Of a DNA stretch of 64,000 nucleotides, positions 51,901-62,768 are shown one piece after another; position 1 is the stretch's first letter, and each line of letters starts with the position of its first letter. A program made the translations under genes and the position numbers. Origin of the DNA: Candidatus Cloacimonadales bacterium (GTDB taxonomy: Bacteria; Cloacimonadota; Cloacimonadia; Cloacimonadales; JAIOQZ01); contig OY762463.1 in the NCBI GenBank assembly GCA_963665815.1, forward strand, positions 2,592,001 through 2,656,000, read 5' to 3'. A model generated the notes under the pieces. The model searched no databases and had not been told where the DNA came from. It saw only the letters and a list, made by a program, of their open reading frames with translations.

Positions 51901-52752
51901 GATTATTTTAATGCAGATCCTGTTAATAATGTTATTGAATCGGGAAAGAGTGTTTGGATTTACAGTTTTGCTGACTCAGTTGAAATGACTTTTAATGTAT
52001 ATCCTGATCAGAGCATAAACGCGATTTGTCCGTCTGATTTCAACCATTTGGAGCTATGTGTGACTAATATAGATCAGTCTAACAGTGCAAAATTTCTTGT
52101 TGGTAGTAATTCAAATGTTCCCCAAGGTTACAATCCTGCACTTGATTTACTTTCTCCACCAAATGATTTGAATGTTCTTCAGGTATTCACTATTGAGGAT
52201 AGTCTCCATTTTTTCAGAAACATCAAATCTTTTACGAATGAAGAGAACTCATTGATTGATTTCAATGTCAGAGTAATATCTCAGGCAGGAGACTCAGTGA
52301 GATTTTCAATTTCTGCTTCAAGTTATGATTTTGACAAATCTTTCTATGTTTTCGATGGTGCAGATAGAAAAAGACTGTATTTCGGTCATGGACTTACTTT
52401 TTTAAACTCAACCGGAACACTTGATCTGACTCTGAGAATCCAGAACTTCGAAACATCCAATGATGTAAATGAATTTGAGTTTGTCCCACTCGCAAACTAC
52501 CCTAATCCATTCAATCCGGAAACAACAATAAATTTCTCAATCCATAAACCTGAAGAAGTAGAACTTAAGATATACAATATTAAAGGACAGCTTGTGAAAA
52601 CACTTATTGATGAAAAGATAGAACCGGGAGTACATAAGGTAATTTGGAAAGGCAGAAATAACAATAACAAGCAGGTTGCATCCGGAGTCTACTTTATAAA
52701 ATTGAAAGCAAGTACGAACACTGATATCCGAAAAACAATTCTTTTGAAGTAG
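48919..52752 (+). CDS. Large secreted protein with FlgD-Ig/T9SS-type C-terminal domain; possible N-terminal metallohydrolase and FN3-like modules
   Basis: Signal peptide; TPHPSDD, QMHSYD, HVELSE; DKNGNQSPLSNEV; EWTT...NNAGFVLYRS; GWNLIG.P; NYPNPFNPETTI...ASGVYF. Confidence 0.8.
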   Translation: MKRKAFLCIIFIYSLLNGLVYETASLKDFIYGETDSTSYDNWQSHVVESTATFGYVYAPFDVQSDGFGTFDVPDSSDTICWTQIIDNILDNNLNIADSLISEQNWPYELVAFHDTDVDRDYLMLRELINPVYVDSNNGDYIESGSFDKGWGLYIFNYDSDNSNIISTPHPSDDFVSVPVSCYAFQKLNARYWFMSGASRGAAISDFQFSPDYSLSDPTRNNVHPNNAAYKTVVDRIRAAGEPEFCLQMHSYDSHGDNTYKPVEITTGRAYTVPGHPIRDFSGNNLDLVNFTPYLVVNNYIGLVYNNVNIDDYYSIKNTSEGIYRDGSNFQIDDYPHLRGYYQNRQALYTNNYYDDEDMFSHFMHVELSEFPYAFYESYPYFSALYEEYNGTFSSRFNRIVQFYEPFVDALAQSMMYYNEFDDGLTPDAPELRNCRDGDFIGLIWSEDDSYDFHTYKIYYSNNPIPDSPDTVADTTIHVIDRENDPLLALPVSARLSALDYNLLDKYVRIQVLDKNGNQSPLSNEVNAATINVDVSSYSVIETGNGVEIEWTTVYQNNNAGFVLYRSEWPFDNDVLIAHYQVQQELAGSTAQDSVLYSFTDSNVENNKIYNYSLYYYDTITNQEIEVVPEIGIHLEDGYNIVHDNHGNESIYTISNNYYAEDGLDDLDVLSTDHSISRYSGIRDENYYDLLYTTSRKQFYDSTETYKEWLFTTYRCSGNNVIKLEQQPDSVSSNERMLIRSGNLYCDLLTDSLVYTESSNGIIRRYFNIYWGNLIPNISTSLDTVRYYSIGDSLKLNWYNDKEFALTRYYITAGDSVNSTMVTASLSTYSSSFKFLLSEDFLGFTTFTLHAVMYDNTELQFEFPPVFVNPVSQEYEISTGLNQVTFSNLSTSVDIQSTFGNTLTAYKYIDSVFVAQSSLTNGSYILKSSQNNSLNMQNCQFPDGPRGIMLYSGWNLIGSPFPHDYPLTSCEVISDGVTMSFNDAINAEIIGGYGFDYFNADPVNNVIESGKSVWIYSFADSVEMTFNVYPDQSINAICPSDFNHLELCVTNIDQSNSAKFLVGSNSNVPQGYNPALDLLSPPNDLNVLQVFTIEDSLHFFRNIKSFTNEENSLIDFNVRVISQAGDSVRFSISASSYDFDKSFYVFDGADRKRLYFGHGLTFLNSTGTLDLTLRIQNFETSNDVNEFEFVPLANYPNPFNPETTINFSIHKPEEVELKIYNIKGQLVKTLIDEKIEPGVHKVIWKGRNNNNKQVASGVYFIKLKASTNTDIRKTILLK

Positions 52753-52946
52753 GGGTTGAGTTTATATGCTTTGATGATACAAGTAAAAGAAATTATCACC
52801 TATTGATGTAAAGTAATAGCTGACTAAGTGCAGCGTAATATGAGTTTGTTATCCTGAGCAGTTTGTGTTAATTTATCAGGAAACAATAAGACAAACTCAT
52901 CGCATAGTTGAGTTGGTTATCTTGTCAAAATAATGTTTATCAAATT

Positions 52947-53308
52947 GGAATCCCCCCTTTTTTTCTTAAAAATCTGACTTCAAGAAAATTGGAAGGATTT
53001 TTAGCAGGCATTTCTTAGAAAAATGCACTCTTCATTTTCTTTGGTGCCAAAGAAAACGAAACAAAAGAAAATGGAGAAGTTGATGAAATTGTAAATTTCA
53101 TCGAAAAGCACTCTTTTTAAAATGTATTTCCAGTAAACTGGAACCATAAATTTTTCCTAAAATCCTTCCAAGGCTTCAGGATTTCTTAACGGTTAAATTT
53201 ATTATACAGTAAAAAAGAGAAAATGCTATCATCAATGCAAAACAATCATACTTAGTTCAAAGCTATTACATTGATTCATATTTTCCACTGATTTACTGTT
53301 TCAATACT
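52947..53308. mobile_element. MITE-like element, second copy, truncated at right end
   Basis: 362 nt colinear with 16069-16430, about 10 substitutions by manual comparison; right TIR not found. Confidence 0.85.
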
Positions 53309-53394
53309 CAAACAAGCTATTCTAATGTTATGAGACCTTTGTATAATTGGGGTAGTTATCAGATCATATTTTCACAGAGAATAAAGTTATTTCT

Positions 53395-54546
53395 CTATTT
53401 GTATTCCTCTGTTACGATAATAAGCTTCTGGGTTTTCTTTCCTCTTAACACTTCCAGTTCTATCTGTTCGCCGATTGTTACATCTGAAACTGCCAGATTT
53501 GCATCCTTAGCGCTTTTCACAGGCATGTTGTCAATCTTGAGAATAATATCTCCGGGTTTCAATCCGGCTTTACCGGCAGGACCAGTTTTCTCTACAGATG
53601 AAACAATTACTCCATCAATTGATTTCAATCCAAGGTACTGCATAATATCTTTTGTTATATCCTGAACTAAAAAACCAAAACGTCGTTTTCTGATTTCTCC
53701 ATAATTAATCAGTTCGTAAGCTATTTTTTTAACTCTGTCAATTGGTAATGCAAAACCAATTCCGATACTCCCACCTGATTCTGAAAATATAAATGTGTTG
53801 ATTCCGATAACTTCACCAAGAATGTTTACGAGTGGACCACCACTGTTTCCCGGATTAATTGCTGCATCGGTCTGAATCATCTTTTTATAGATCTTTCCAT
53901 CCGAATTCTGGACAAAATTACGTTCAAGAGCTGAGATTACTCCAACAGAAACACTGGGTTTACTGGCCTTGATCACTAATGCATAGGGGTTCCCAACAGC
54001 GATTGCCCATTCTCCGATAATCAGGTCATCTGAAGCTCCAAGAGTTGCCACCGGGAGTTTTTTTCCATCAATTTTTATAATGGCTATATCGTTGATTGTA
54101 TCTACACCAATGAGCTCTGCACTATATTCCCTTCCGTCATTAAGTCGAACCTTTATGGAGGTTGCCTCTTCCACAACATGGGAATTAGTTATTATGTGCC
54201 CATCCTGATCAATAATAACACCGGATCCGATAGATTCATCTTCTTTTCTGTATGGTTCAAGAAATCCGAAAAACGGATGATCAAATGGTCTGACATATCT
54301 ACTGCCAATTGTTGTAGTAATAACGTTCACGCTGACAACCGAGGGTTTAATTTTTTTAACCGCATCAGTTATTGTATTCGATCTGCAGGCGTTAAGTATC
54401 TCATTATACTCCAGCCTGGTTTCAGCAGAAGTTTCTCCTGAACCGGTACTTGCAGTCATTTCATTAACTTTCTGAAACCAGTAGAGATTTCCGACAATTA
54501 ACAAAACTACAAGTATACTTAAAGCAATTATTACAACCTTTTTCAT
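53395..54546 (-). CDS. HtrA/DegQ-family serine protease with one PDZ domain
   Basis: GSGVII, TNSHVV, DIAIIK, IQTDAAINPGNSGGPL, PDZ. Confidence 0.95.
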   Translation of the reverse strand: MKKVVIIALSILVVLLIVGNLYWFQKVNEMTASTGSGETSAETRLEYNEILNACRSNTITDAVKKIKPSVVSVNVITTTIGSRYVRPFDHPFFGFLEPYRKEDESIGSGVIIDQDGHIITNSHVVEEATSIKVRLNDGREYSAELIGVDTINDIAIIKIDGKKLPVATLGASDDLIIGEWAIAVGNPYALVIKASKPSVSVGVISALERNFVQNSDGKIYKKMIQTDAAINPGNSGGPLVNILGEVIGINTFIFSESGGSIGIGFALPIDRVKKIAYELINYGEIRKRRFGFLVQDITKDIMQYLGLKSIDGVIVSSVEKTGPAGKAGLKPGDIILKIDNMPVKSAKDANLAVSDVTIGEQIELEVLRGKKTQKLIIVTEEYK

Positions 54547-54554
54547 AGTTAATC

Positions 54555-55583
54555 CTAAATTCTTAAATATTTTCTGAGAAGAAGAAATGTATTTTTGAGA
54601 GCATCAAGATGAGTTCTTTCATATCCGTGAGAAGCAAATATCCCAGGTCCTATCAACGCATGTTTAACATTATAACCAGCCCTGATTGCAGCACTTGCAT
54701 CTGATCCGTAATATGGATATATATCTGTTGCATAGGTCAGTTTGTTTTCCTCGGCAAGATTAATCAGTTCTGTTGTAAGACTGTAATCATAAGGTCCGGA
54801 TGAGTCTTTCGTACAGATTGACACACAATATTCATCCGTATCAAGATCATCTCCTACAGCTCCCATATCAACAGCAATCATGGATTTAATATCCTCAGGT
54901 AATCCGGAAGCTGCCCCATGTCCTACTTCTTCATACGCACTGAAATAAAGATATACTTTTCTGCTAAGCTCTATCTTGTTATCTTTAATATATTTTGCCA
55001 ATCCCATTAATATTCCGCTGCTGGCTTTATCATCGAGATGGCGAGACTTTATAAATCCGCTTTCTGTAACAATTGTTCTGGGATCGAATGAGATAAAATC
55101 TCCGTTTCTGATTCCAAGTTTTTTTACATCATCTGCGTTATGGACAACTTCATCAAGAATTACTTCCACATTCTTTTCAGTTCTTTTTGTCTGGTCAGTA
55201 CTCGGATACACATGCACAGCCGGAGTCGTCAGCTGGAATGTTCCGGAATACTCTTTTCCTGAGCGAGTATGTATTGTACAATTCTCAAGCTCAATTGAAT
55301 TTGCCGTGTAAGATCCGATTTTTGTATAAGCAAGTCTTCCGTCGGATTTGATTGATCTTACCATTGCTCCGAGAGTATCGACATGAGCGGCCAGTACAAC
55401 AGGGTCTCCGCTTCCACCAAGTTCACACAGCACAGAACCTTTGTTGGTAAGTTCAGCTTTGAATCCCATGTCTTTAATTGTAGTAAGCAGATATTCAGAT
55501 ATATTATGTGTATATCCCGATGGACTTGGTGTTGTACAAAGCGTTTCTATTTCTTTTACGATATATTGATAAATTTTTTCCAT
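54555..55583 (-). CDS. M42 family metallopeptidase
   Basis: PSPSG, AHVDTLG, SRHLDDK, YEEVGHG, VDMG, SHGYER. Confidence 0.93.
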   Translation of the reverse strand: MEKIYQYIVKEIETLCTTPSPSGYTHNISEYLLTTIKDMGFKAELTNKGSVLCELGGSGDPVVLAAHVDTLGAMVRSIKSDGRLAYTKIGSYTANSIELENCTIHTRSGKEYSGTFQLTTPAVHVYPSTDQTKRTEKNVEVILDEVVHNADDVKKLGIRNGDFISFDPRTIVTESGFIKSRHLDDKASSGILMGLAKYIKDNKIELSRKVYLYFSAYEEVGHGAASGLPEDIKSMIAVDMGAVGDDLDTDEYCVSICTKDSSGPYDYSLTTELINLAEENKLTYATDIYPYYGSDASAAIRAGYNVKHALIGPGIFASHGYERTHLDALKNTFLLLRKYLRI

Positions 55584-55686
55584 GTTTTCTCCATAATTTA
55601 TATTTTATGAGGTTGCGGCATAATATAGTCCCATTGAAACCATCAGTCAAAACTGACTTATTCGGTTATTATGCATAATTCTATGT

Positions 55687-58101
55687 TCATTGTTGTTTTC
55701 CCGTAGGCAGATGAACAGTAACTTTTGTTCCTCTGTCTTCTTCAGATACTATCTCAATAACACCATCATGTTTACTTATAACCGAATGTACTATTGAGAG
55801 TCCTAATCCTGTCCCTTTCTCACTTGAAACTTCCTTTGTAGTAAAATAAGGATCAAATACTTTTGGCAGGATACTCTTACTGATTCCCTTACCATTGTCT
55901 TCTATTGTGATTTTAAGACAATCTTTTATTACATCACCATTATTATAGCCAGGTTCATTTTCTACAAGAATATTTACATTTCCGTCTATTCCAACAGCCT
56001 CTTTAGCATTAACAAGAAGATTCTGGAAGACTTGAGAGATCTGCTCTTCATCAGCATATAAATCAAAAACGTCAGGATCATAGTCTATATTGCATTTAAT
56101 TGATAATTCTCCAAAAATAAGTGAACATGTATCGGTTAACAGTTTATGCAGCATAACCTTCTGTTTTTTGGGTGTTCCGCCTTTGGAAAAAGTTAACAGC
56201 CTGTTTGCTAAGTTAGAAGCCCTTTTTACAGCATCCTCGGAGTTTTTCAGTAAATTATGTATTTGTGTTTCATCCTTAATCATTTTTGCAAATGATATAT
56301 TACCCATTATTATTGATAGAAGATTATTAAAATCATGAGCTATACCACCGGCGAGTGCTCCCAGAGATTCAAGATTACTTATTCTGTTTTTATCTCCTTG
56401 AATTCTCTTCTTTTCAGTAATATCTCTTACAACAGTGAGATAAAGACAAATCTCATCTTCTTCAAGTAAGGTTGATGATATTTCCAGAGTAATAATTTTT
56501 CCAGAATGCGTTTTAACTTCTGTTTCAAAATGAGCATTAAGACTGTTCTTCATAATATTGTCAATTTCATCCTGGGATACGAAATCAAGTGTCTGATATA
56601 AGTCTGCTCCGGCAATCTCTAAAGAATCTATTGAAATTATATCTGAGAAAGTCTGATTACACATTACAATCTTATTATCTTTTACAAGCAGCACACCATC
56701 ATGTATACTTTCTATTAATGTAGTGAATCTGGCTTCAAAATCGGTTAAGGCAGCTTGTACTTTATGTCTTGACTCTATTTCTTTTTTTAACTGTGCCTCA
56801 TTCTGTTCAGACTGTTTAGTGATACTTTTTACAGAATTCTGGAGTTTTTCACTGAGCTTCAGTTTCTTCAGATATTTTGTATAGTATATAATTATCAAAA
56901 GAGTTACAACGGCAGCAAATAAAACAAGAATTACAATTATTAGATATTTTCTTCTGTTTTCCAGTTTCTGAATTTTGTTTTTATTTTTGAGCATATTAAC
57001 TTCATTAATAAGCTGCATCTGAAGTATTTCATCATTATCTCTTATGGAGTTGATTACTTCTTCCTGATTCAGATGCTTTTCGAGATATGATAATGCCAGA
57101 TTGGGTTTATCAATTTTTTTGTACAGAGAATAGAGATTTTCATAAGTTCTGCTAAGCAGTTTTTTATCTCCGATTGCAACTGCTGTTTTAATAATATTTT
57201 CTGCTTCAAGAAGGTATTTTTCTGCTTTTTTGTACTTTTCCCAGTTATAATAAAGAATCCCTATATTTCTCAGAGAACTGGCAATACCGCTTTTCTGATT
57301 AATCATCTGGCGAACTTCAAGTGCTTTTTCATTATATTTCAGAGACGCTTCAAAATCACCAAGTTTGTAATAAGACCATCCCAGATTGTTATAAGCACGA
57401 CTTTTCTTATATGAAGGCGGACCAGACTCAATGATGTTAAGAGCTTTAAAATTAAGAGAATTCACAGTTTCAAATTGTTCCAAATCCATATATACTGTGC
57501 TGAACTCAATCATAAGAATCGCTTTGTCGTCTTCTGAATTAACCTTATCATAATAATGAAGTGCTTTGTTAAACAGATTTATAGAAGTATCGAATTCTTT
57601 TTCCTGTTTATACAATCTTCCCAGAATTCTATAAATTTTTGCTCTTTCTACATAATTATCTTCAGGAAGTTTACTAAGAGCCAACTCATAATATTCCATT
57701 GCACGGGGTACATTATTGAGAGTTGTATAAAGATTTCCAACATTCCGAAGAAAATCATAATCATACTCATCTATTCTATCCTCAATATCCTGTAATGCCA
57801 TAATTGCATATTCAATTGCTATCAGAAATTCTCCAACATGTTGATACGCTCTGGCAATATAGACATATGCATTAATTTCTTCTTTTCTGTTATCTTCTTT
57901 ACGTGCTTTTTCCAGCATTTTGAATGCATATTTCAAAGCTGTTTCAGGTTTATAGCTGATAGTAGTATCCATTAGGCTATCAATTTTTGTCCGGAAATCC
58001 TGAAATGTGAAATTCTGAAACTGTTCCTCAGCATTCAATGAACACCATAAAACACTGATGAGAATTGCGGAAAGCACCTTAAATTTTAATACACAATTCA
58101 T
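55687..58101 (-). CDS. TPR-sensor, PAS-domain histidine kinase
   Basis: Signal peptide, TPRs, [43 protein letters not shown]. Confidence 0.92.
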   Translation of the reverse strand: MNCVLKFKVLSAILISVLWCSLNAEEQFQNFTFQDFRTKIDSLMDTTISYKPETALKYAFKMLEKARKEDNRKEEINAYVYIARAYQHVGEFLIAIEYAIMALQDIEDRIDEYDYDFLRNVGNLYTTLNNVPRAMEYYELALSKLPEDNYVERAKIYRILGRLYKQEKEFDTSINLFNKALHYYDKVNSEDDKAILMIEFSTVYMDLEQFETVNSLNFKALNIIESGPPSYKKSRAYNNLGWSYYKLGDFEASLKYNEKALEVRQMINQKSGIASSLRNIGILYYNWEKYKKAEKYLLEAENIIKTAVAIGDKKLLSRTYENLYSLYKKIDKPNLALSYLEKHLNQEEVINSIRDNDEILQMQLINEVNMLKNKNKIQKLENRRKYLIIVILVLFAAVVTLLIIIYYTKYLKKLKLSEKLQNSVKSITKQSEQNEAQLKKEIESRHKVQAALTDFEARFTTLIESIHDGVLLVKDNKIVMCNQTFSDIISIDSLEIAGADLYQTLDFVSQDEIDNIMKNSLNAHFETEVKTHSGKIITLEISSTLLEEDEICLYLTVVRDITEKKRIQGDKNRISNLESLGALAGGIAHDFNNLLSIIMGNISFAKMIKDETQIHNLLKNSEDAVKRASNLANRLLTFSKGGTPKKQKVMLHKLLTDTCSLIFGELSIKCNIDYDPDVFDLYADEEQISQVFQNLLVNAKEAVGIDGNVNILVENEPGYNNGDVIKDCLKITIEDNGKGISKSILPKVFDPYFTTKEVSSEKGTGLGLSIVHSVISKHDGVIEIVSEEDRGTKVTVHLPTGKQQ

Positions 58102-60095
58102 ATATCTTTCAGCTCCATTATTCTGTCTCTTAACTCGGCAGCTTTTTCGAAATCCAGATTTTTTGCTGCTGATTTCATCTCTTTGGTCAGAATGGCAATA
58201 ATTTTTCCTTTATTCTTCAAATCAAGATATTCTCTGAAATCTTCCTTTTTATCCTGCTCAGGTTTTCTCGCAGTGTATTCGGCATATCCTTCTGCAACAG
58301 ATGTTGACTGCATAATATCTTCTACAGATTTCCTGATAGTTTGTGGAGTAATTCCATGTTTTAAATTATAATTGATCTGTTTTTCTCTTCTTCTATTGGT
58401 CTCCTCAACAGTCTGAGCAATAGCATCAGTTATCTTATCTGCATAGAAAATTACTTTTCCTTCAGCATTCCTGGCAGCACGACCGGCAGTCTGAATCAAC
58501 GACCTTGCAGATCTCAGGAATCCCACTTTATCTGCATCAAGTATTGCTACCAAAGATACTTCAGGAAGGTCAAGACCCTCTCTGAGAAGGTTTATTCCTA
58601 CCAGTACATCAAATTCACCAAGTCGCAGTTCTCTGATTATTTTTGATCTCTCTATTGAATCTATTTCACTGTGGAGATAGCGTGCTTTTATTCCTGCATT
58701 ATCAAGGTATTTTGCAAGATCCTCAGACATTTTTTTTGTCAGGGTTGTCACAAGTACTCTTTCTTTGCGGGGAATCCTGATTCTGATTTCTTCAAGCAGG
58801 TCATCAACTTGAGTTGCAATTGGTCGAATAAGAATTTCGGGATCAACAAGTCCTGTCGGTCTGATTACCTGTTCTACGAATACACCCTCAGTTTTGTTCA
58901 TTTCATAATCACTTGGAGTTGCAGAAACGAATATCACCTGATTGATATGATCCTCAAATTCATTGAATCTAAGAGGTCTGTTATCGAACGCAGAAGGAAG
59001 TCTGAAACCATATTCAACCAGATTTTTCTTTCTGGAGTAATCTCCACCATACATTCCGTTAACCTGAGGGATTGTAACATGTGACTCGTCAATTACCAGC
59101 AGGTAATCTTCTGGGAAGTAATCCAGAAGACAGAATGGAGGTGCTCCGGGTTCACTTCCGATGAGATGTCTGGAGTAGTTCTCAATTCCTGAGCAGACAC
59201 CAATTTCTCTGAGCATTTCAATATCAAATTTAGTTCTCTGTTCAATTCTCTGTGCTTCAACAAGCTTGTTCTCTTTCTGAAAATTAAGAATTGTTTCGTC
59301 CAATTCGTTTTTGATAGAAGTCAAAGCTCTTTCCATCTCTTCTTCTGTTGTCAGGAAATGATTTGCCGGATAAACAGAATATTCATCAACATCCTCAATT
59401 ACATGGTTGTCTATAGGATTTATTCGTTTAATTTTTTCAATCTCATCACCGAAAAATTCAACACGGATTGAATGCTCCATATAGGCTGGAAAAATATCTA
59501 CAATATCCCCGTTAACACGGAATGTTCCTCTCTCAAATGCAACATCATTTCTTCCATACTGAATTCCAACAAGTTTTTCCAGAAGCTGATCTCTTTCGAT
59601 GATATCACCAATTTTCAAAGGAATCTGTGCTTTACGGTAGTTCTCCGGTATACCCAGACCATAGATGCAGGATACACTGGCGACAATGATTACATCTCTG
59701 CGCTCCATCAGGGACATGGTTGCCCTCAGGCGAAGCATTTCTATTTCCTTGTTGATATCAGAGTCTTTCTCTATATAAATATCTTTACCGGGAATATAGG
59801 CTTCCGGTTGATAGTAATCATAATAGCTGATAAAATACTCTACAGCGTTATCCGGGAACAAAAGTTTCAATTCTCCGTAAAGTTGTGCAGCCAGTGTTTT
59901 ATTGTGAGACATGACGATAGTTGGTTTATTTATTCTATTTATAACATTAGCAATTGTAAATGTTTTTCCTGATCCGGTAACTCCGAGAAGTGTCTGGTAC
60001 TTTTGCTTTTCTTTAAGCCCTTGAACAAGTTCATTAATGGCTTCCGGTTGATCACCGCGAGGTTCATATTTTGATTGTAGATTAAATCTTTTCAT
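58098..60095 (-). CDS. uvrB: Excinuclease ABC subunit B
   Basis: [29 protein letters not shown]-terminal UVR domain. Confidence 0.99.
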   Translation of the reverse strand: MKRFNLQSKYEPRGDQPEAINELVQGLKEKQKYQTLLGVTGSGKTFTIANVINRINKPTIVMSHNKTLAAQLYGELKLLFPDNAVEYFISYYDYYQPEAYIPGKDIYIEKDSDINKEIEMLRLRATMSLMERRDVIIVASVSCIYGLGIPENYRKAQIPLKIGDIIERDQLLEKLVGIQYGRNDVAFERGTFRVNGDIVDIFPAYMEHSIRVEFFGDEIEKIKRINPIDNHVIEDVDEYSVYPANHFLTTEEEMERALTSIKNELDETILNFQKENKLVEAQRIEQRTKFDIEMLREIGVCSGIENYSRHLIGSEPGAPPFCLLDYFPEDYLLVIDESHVTIPQVNGMYGGDYSRKKNLVEYGFRLPSAFDNRPLRFNEFEDHINQVIFVSATPSDYEMNKTEGVFVEQVIRPTGLVDPEILIRPIATQVDDLLEEIRIRIPRKERVLVTTLTKKMSEDLAKYLDNAGIKARYLHSEIDSIERSKIIRELRLGEFDVLVGINLLREGLDLPEVSLVAILDADKVGFLRSARSLIQTAGRAARNAEGKVIFYADKITDAIAQTVEETNRRREKQINYNLKHGITPQTIRKSVEDIMQSTSVAEGYAEYTARKPEQDKKEDFREYLDLKNKGKIIAILTKEMKSAAKNLDFEKAAELRDRIMELKDI

Positions 60096-60502
60096 TTTTT
60101 CTTCTTTTTGTTTCCATTAAATTCCAAGGGAAAAGAAATCCTGAGAAATTTCTTTTTATTAGGAGCAAATTTAATTTCTGCACTGTAAACTTTTAGAAAT
60201 GTATATTCTTCTTTAACGTATTTTCTTATATTCTGTTCATCAAAATATGAAGGAAGTAATTTTTCAAGATAGTGATCAAACAAATATTCTTTTTTCTGTT
60301 TCAGAAGCACGGGTTGTTTGCGAAAATGTCTGCTGTTTTCAAGTCTATACTCATAGTCAAGGATCATCTGGTTTTTTCTCATGTTGTACTCGAGAGAGAA
60401 TATGAAATCAGAGTTCACCATTGATAACCATATAGGAGAGACTTCAGATGTTAAAACCATCGTAAAACAACATGCTATTATTACACTAATCTTTTTTTTC
60501 AT
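60092..60502 (-). CDS. Hypothetical protein with signal peptide
   Basis: ORF overlaps uvrB start by 4 nt; N-terminal signal-like sequence. Confidence 0.55.
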   Translation of the reverse strand: MKKKISVIIACCFTMVLTSEVSPIWLSMVNSDFIFSLEYNMRKNQMILDYEYRLENSRHFRKQPVLLKQKKEYLFDHYLEKLLPSYFDEQNIRKYVKEEYTFLKVYSAEIKFAPNKKKFLRISFPLEFNGNKKKKK

Positions 60503-60744
60503 AATACAAATTCATAATGTTGAACTAAATCAGGCTACTTTAAAATCATTATAGAAGATATTACATTTTATAAACAAAAAAACTTTTCCCCTGTATTCTA
60601 ACTGATTATTAACACATTATAATCAGCAAAATTCAGTTATTTTATTTACACATTGACGTATAAATATATTTTATGTCCATATAAATTATTAGTTTTTACA
60701 TTAAAAACGTTATTTTACCAGTTAATATTACATAAGGAAAAGAT

Positions 60745-61839
60745 ATGAAAATTATTAAAGTAGTGGATGTTCTTAATCTGATTCACAGTTTTGCAAATCC
60801 TGCACTTGCGTATAAATGGGATAATGTCGGATTGCAGCTTGGCAGTGCAGAACAACCTGTAGACAAAATTTTACTCACCCTTGATGTCACAGAAAATGCC
60901 ATTGCCATGGCTGTAGAAAACAATTATGATCTTATTGTTTCGCATCATCCTTTTATTTTTAAGGCAGTAAAAAAAATATGTGATCCGAGATTTGTCACTC
61001 TGATTAAAAATGATATATCTGTTATAGCTTCTCACACGAATCTTGATGTTGTAAAAGGTGGGGTTAACACTGTTCTGGCAAACAGACTTGGGTTAAAAAG
61101 TCATCAGTTTCTGTCTACATCGCTCGATAGTGAGCTATATCGTTTCGTCATTTATGTACCTGCTGAAAATGCCGATAAAGTTGCAGAAGCTGCATTCAGG
61201 GCAGGAGCGGGAATAATGGATAATTATAAAGACTGTATGAATTACAGCTACGTGCAGGGGCAATTTACACCCCAAGCAGACAGTAATCCAGTTGTTGGTA
61301 AAAACGGTGAAAAAGAGACCATAACTGAGTTGATGATGGAATTTCAGGTAGAATCATTCAAACTGAACAAGTTGCTGCGGGAAGTAAAAAAAGCACACAT
61401 TTATGAAACTCCCGCATATTATGTTTATCCTCTTAAACAGGACAGCCCGAACTATGGTCTTGGTTTGATTGGAGAACTTGATGAGGAAATTTCTCTCAGA
61501 CACTTTGCTGAGTTTGTAAAAAAAGAACTGAATGCTCCAAATGTGAAGTTATGGCCCGGTAATAAAACTCCTGACAAAATGGTGAAGAAAATTGCTGTTT
61601 GCGGTGGTTCCGGATCATCCCTGCTATCACAAGTACATGGTAGAGCGGATGTCCTTGTATCTGCAGATTTTACATACCATACAATTCTTGATTCAAAAGT
61701 ACCGATTATTGATGCTGGTCATTTCCACACGGAATATCCTGTTCTGGATATACTGTGTAACCTCCTGAAACCTCTGGATGTAACTGTTGATATAATGAAA
61801 ATGGATAATCATGAGATAACAAAACTGGAATATATATAA
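60745..61839 (+). CDS. Nif3-like dinuclear metal centre protein (GTP cyclohydrolase 1 type 2 homolog)
   Basis: WDNVGL, SHHPFIF, HTNLD, AGAG, H.YE.PA, CGGSG, DAGHFHTE. Confidence 0.93.
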   Translation: MKIIKVVDVLNLIHSFANPALAYKWDNVGLQLGSAEQPVDKILLTLDVTENAIAMAVENNYDLIVSHHPFIFKAVKKICDPRFVTLIKNDISVIASHTNLDVVKGGVNTVLANRLGLKSHQFLSTSLDSELYRFVIYVPAENADKVAEAAFRAGAGIMDNYKDCMNYSYVQGQFTPQADSNPVVGKNGEKETITELMMEFQVESFKLNKLLREVKKAHIYETPAYYVYPLKQDSPNYGLGLIGELDEEISLRHFAEFVKKELNAPNVKLWPGNKTPDKMVKKIAVCGGSGSSLLSQVHGRADVLVSADFTYHTILDSKVPIIDAGHFHTEYPVLDILCNLLKPLDVTVDIMKMDNHEITKLEYI

Positions 61840-61856
61840 GAAGTTGTTTATAGAAT

Positions 61857-61942
61857 AAGAATAGGCGTTCAGGGATAACGTCTATTCTTTTTTCCTCTAC
61901 TATTTCTAATACAAAAAAAACCTGCTGAAGGCTCAGCAGGTT
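61857..61942. terminator. Two convergent intrinsic terminators
   Basis: AAGAATAGGCGTT/AACGTCTATTCTT+T-run (plus) and A-run CCTGCTGA/TCAGCAGG (minus). Confidence 0.75.
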
Positions 61943-61964
61943 AAATTTATCATTGATTATGGAT

Positions 61965-62759
61965 CTATTTAACTTCCCTGATACGGGTTTTACTCCAGTT
62001 AATCTTTTCTTTACTCATAATATCTCCTTTTGTCATGATATTATTGAGTGCACTATTTCCATGTTCGTCTTCAATTTTGTCAACATTGTAAAGATTGATT
62101 TTTAACATATTTCTATCTGTCTTCAGCAACATGAAATTGTTTTCTACTGAGAATAGCTTACCCTCGTAAACATCTCCACTTTCCATTGCAACGCTCAACA
62201 TCATTCCTGCAGAAATTACAATATTAACATCTTTTCTTGCATTAGCACTGCTGCCTGCGTTAACATCAATTGAAACATCTCTCATAGTAACAGCATTAAG
62301 TTCTGCTGACATTTTTACAACAGCATCTTCCCCGGGAATAAGTATACCAAGATAGCAGCACAAAATGGCTGTACCAAAGGCTTCCAGGAAGTTGTCTTTG
62401 CCTTTTTCAGTGAAAGTAGCCTGAATAGGGATTTGTGTTCCGTCTACTGCAGCAATAGATGTTGCTTCAATTGATATTTTCCCCGGAAAACCGCAAATCA
62501 TTTTTTTTCTGGCTTTGATTACATTACCATGGGCTTTAGCACCGGCTTTGATTACAACTTTTCCGTCAACTTTAACATCATATTTGTTTATTAAAAGGAT
62601 ACCTGCACCTCTTGATTTTTTAGCACTTGAAACCGGGAAATTAGGTTTTAAAAATACCGGTGTGCCTGCAGGTACTACCAATTCTGCGAATAATGATGCC
62701 CCAAACATAAAAAATGTAAACATCAGAAATGAAATGAAACTCTTAAATTTTAGTGTCAT
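61965..62759 (-). CDS. Secreted hypothetical protein
   Basis: Signal peptide; VPAGTPV...DVKVDGKVVIKAG...AVDGTQIP domain, hydrophobic hairpin, C-terminal small beta domain. Confidence 0.75.
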   Translation of the reverse strand: MTLKFKSFISFLMFTFFMFGASLFAELVVPAGTPVFLKPNFPVSSAKKSRGAGILLINKYDVKVDGKVVIKAGAKAHGNVIKARKKMICGFPGKISIEATSIAAVDGTQIPIQATFTEKGKDNFLEAFGTAILCCYLGILIPGEDAVVKMSAELNAVTMRDVSIDVNAGSSANARKDVNIVISAGMMLSVAMESGDVYEGKLFSVENNFMLLKTDRNMLKINLYNVDKIEDEHGNSALNNIMTKGDIMSKEKINWSKTRIREVK

Positions 62760-62768
62760 TCTTACTCC

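Noticed and set aside
48809-53308. Composite transposon carrying the 1277-aa gene
   Set aside because: The termini face so that element bodies lie outside the gene; no shared target duplication and no transposase
53330-53665. 111-aa plus-strand ORF and similar antisense ORFs over obgE, uvrB, aor and pdh genes
   Set aside because: Antisense shadows of well-conserved genes
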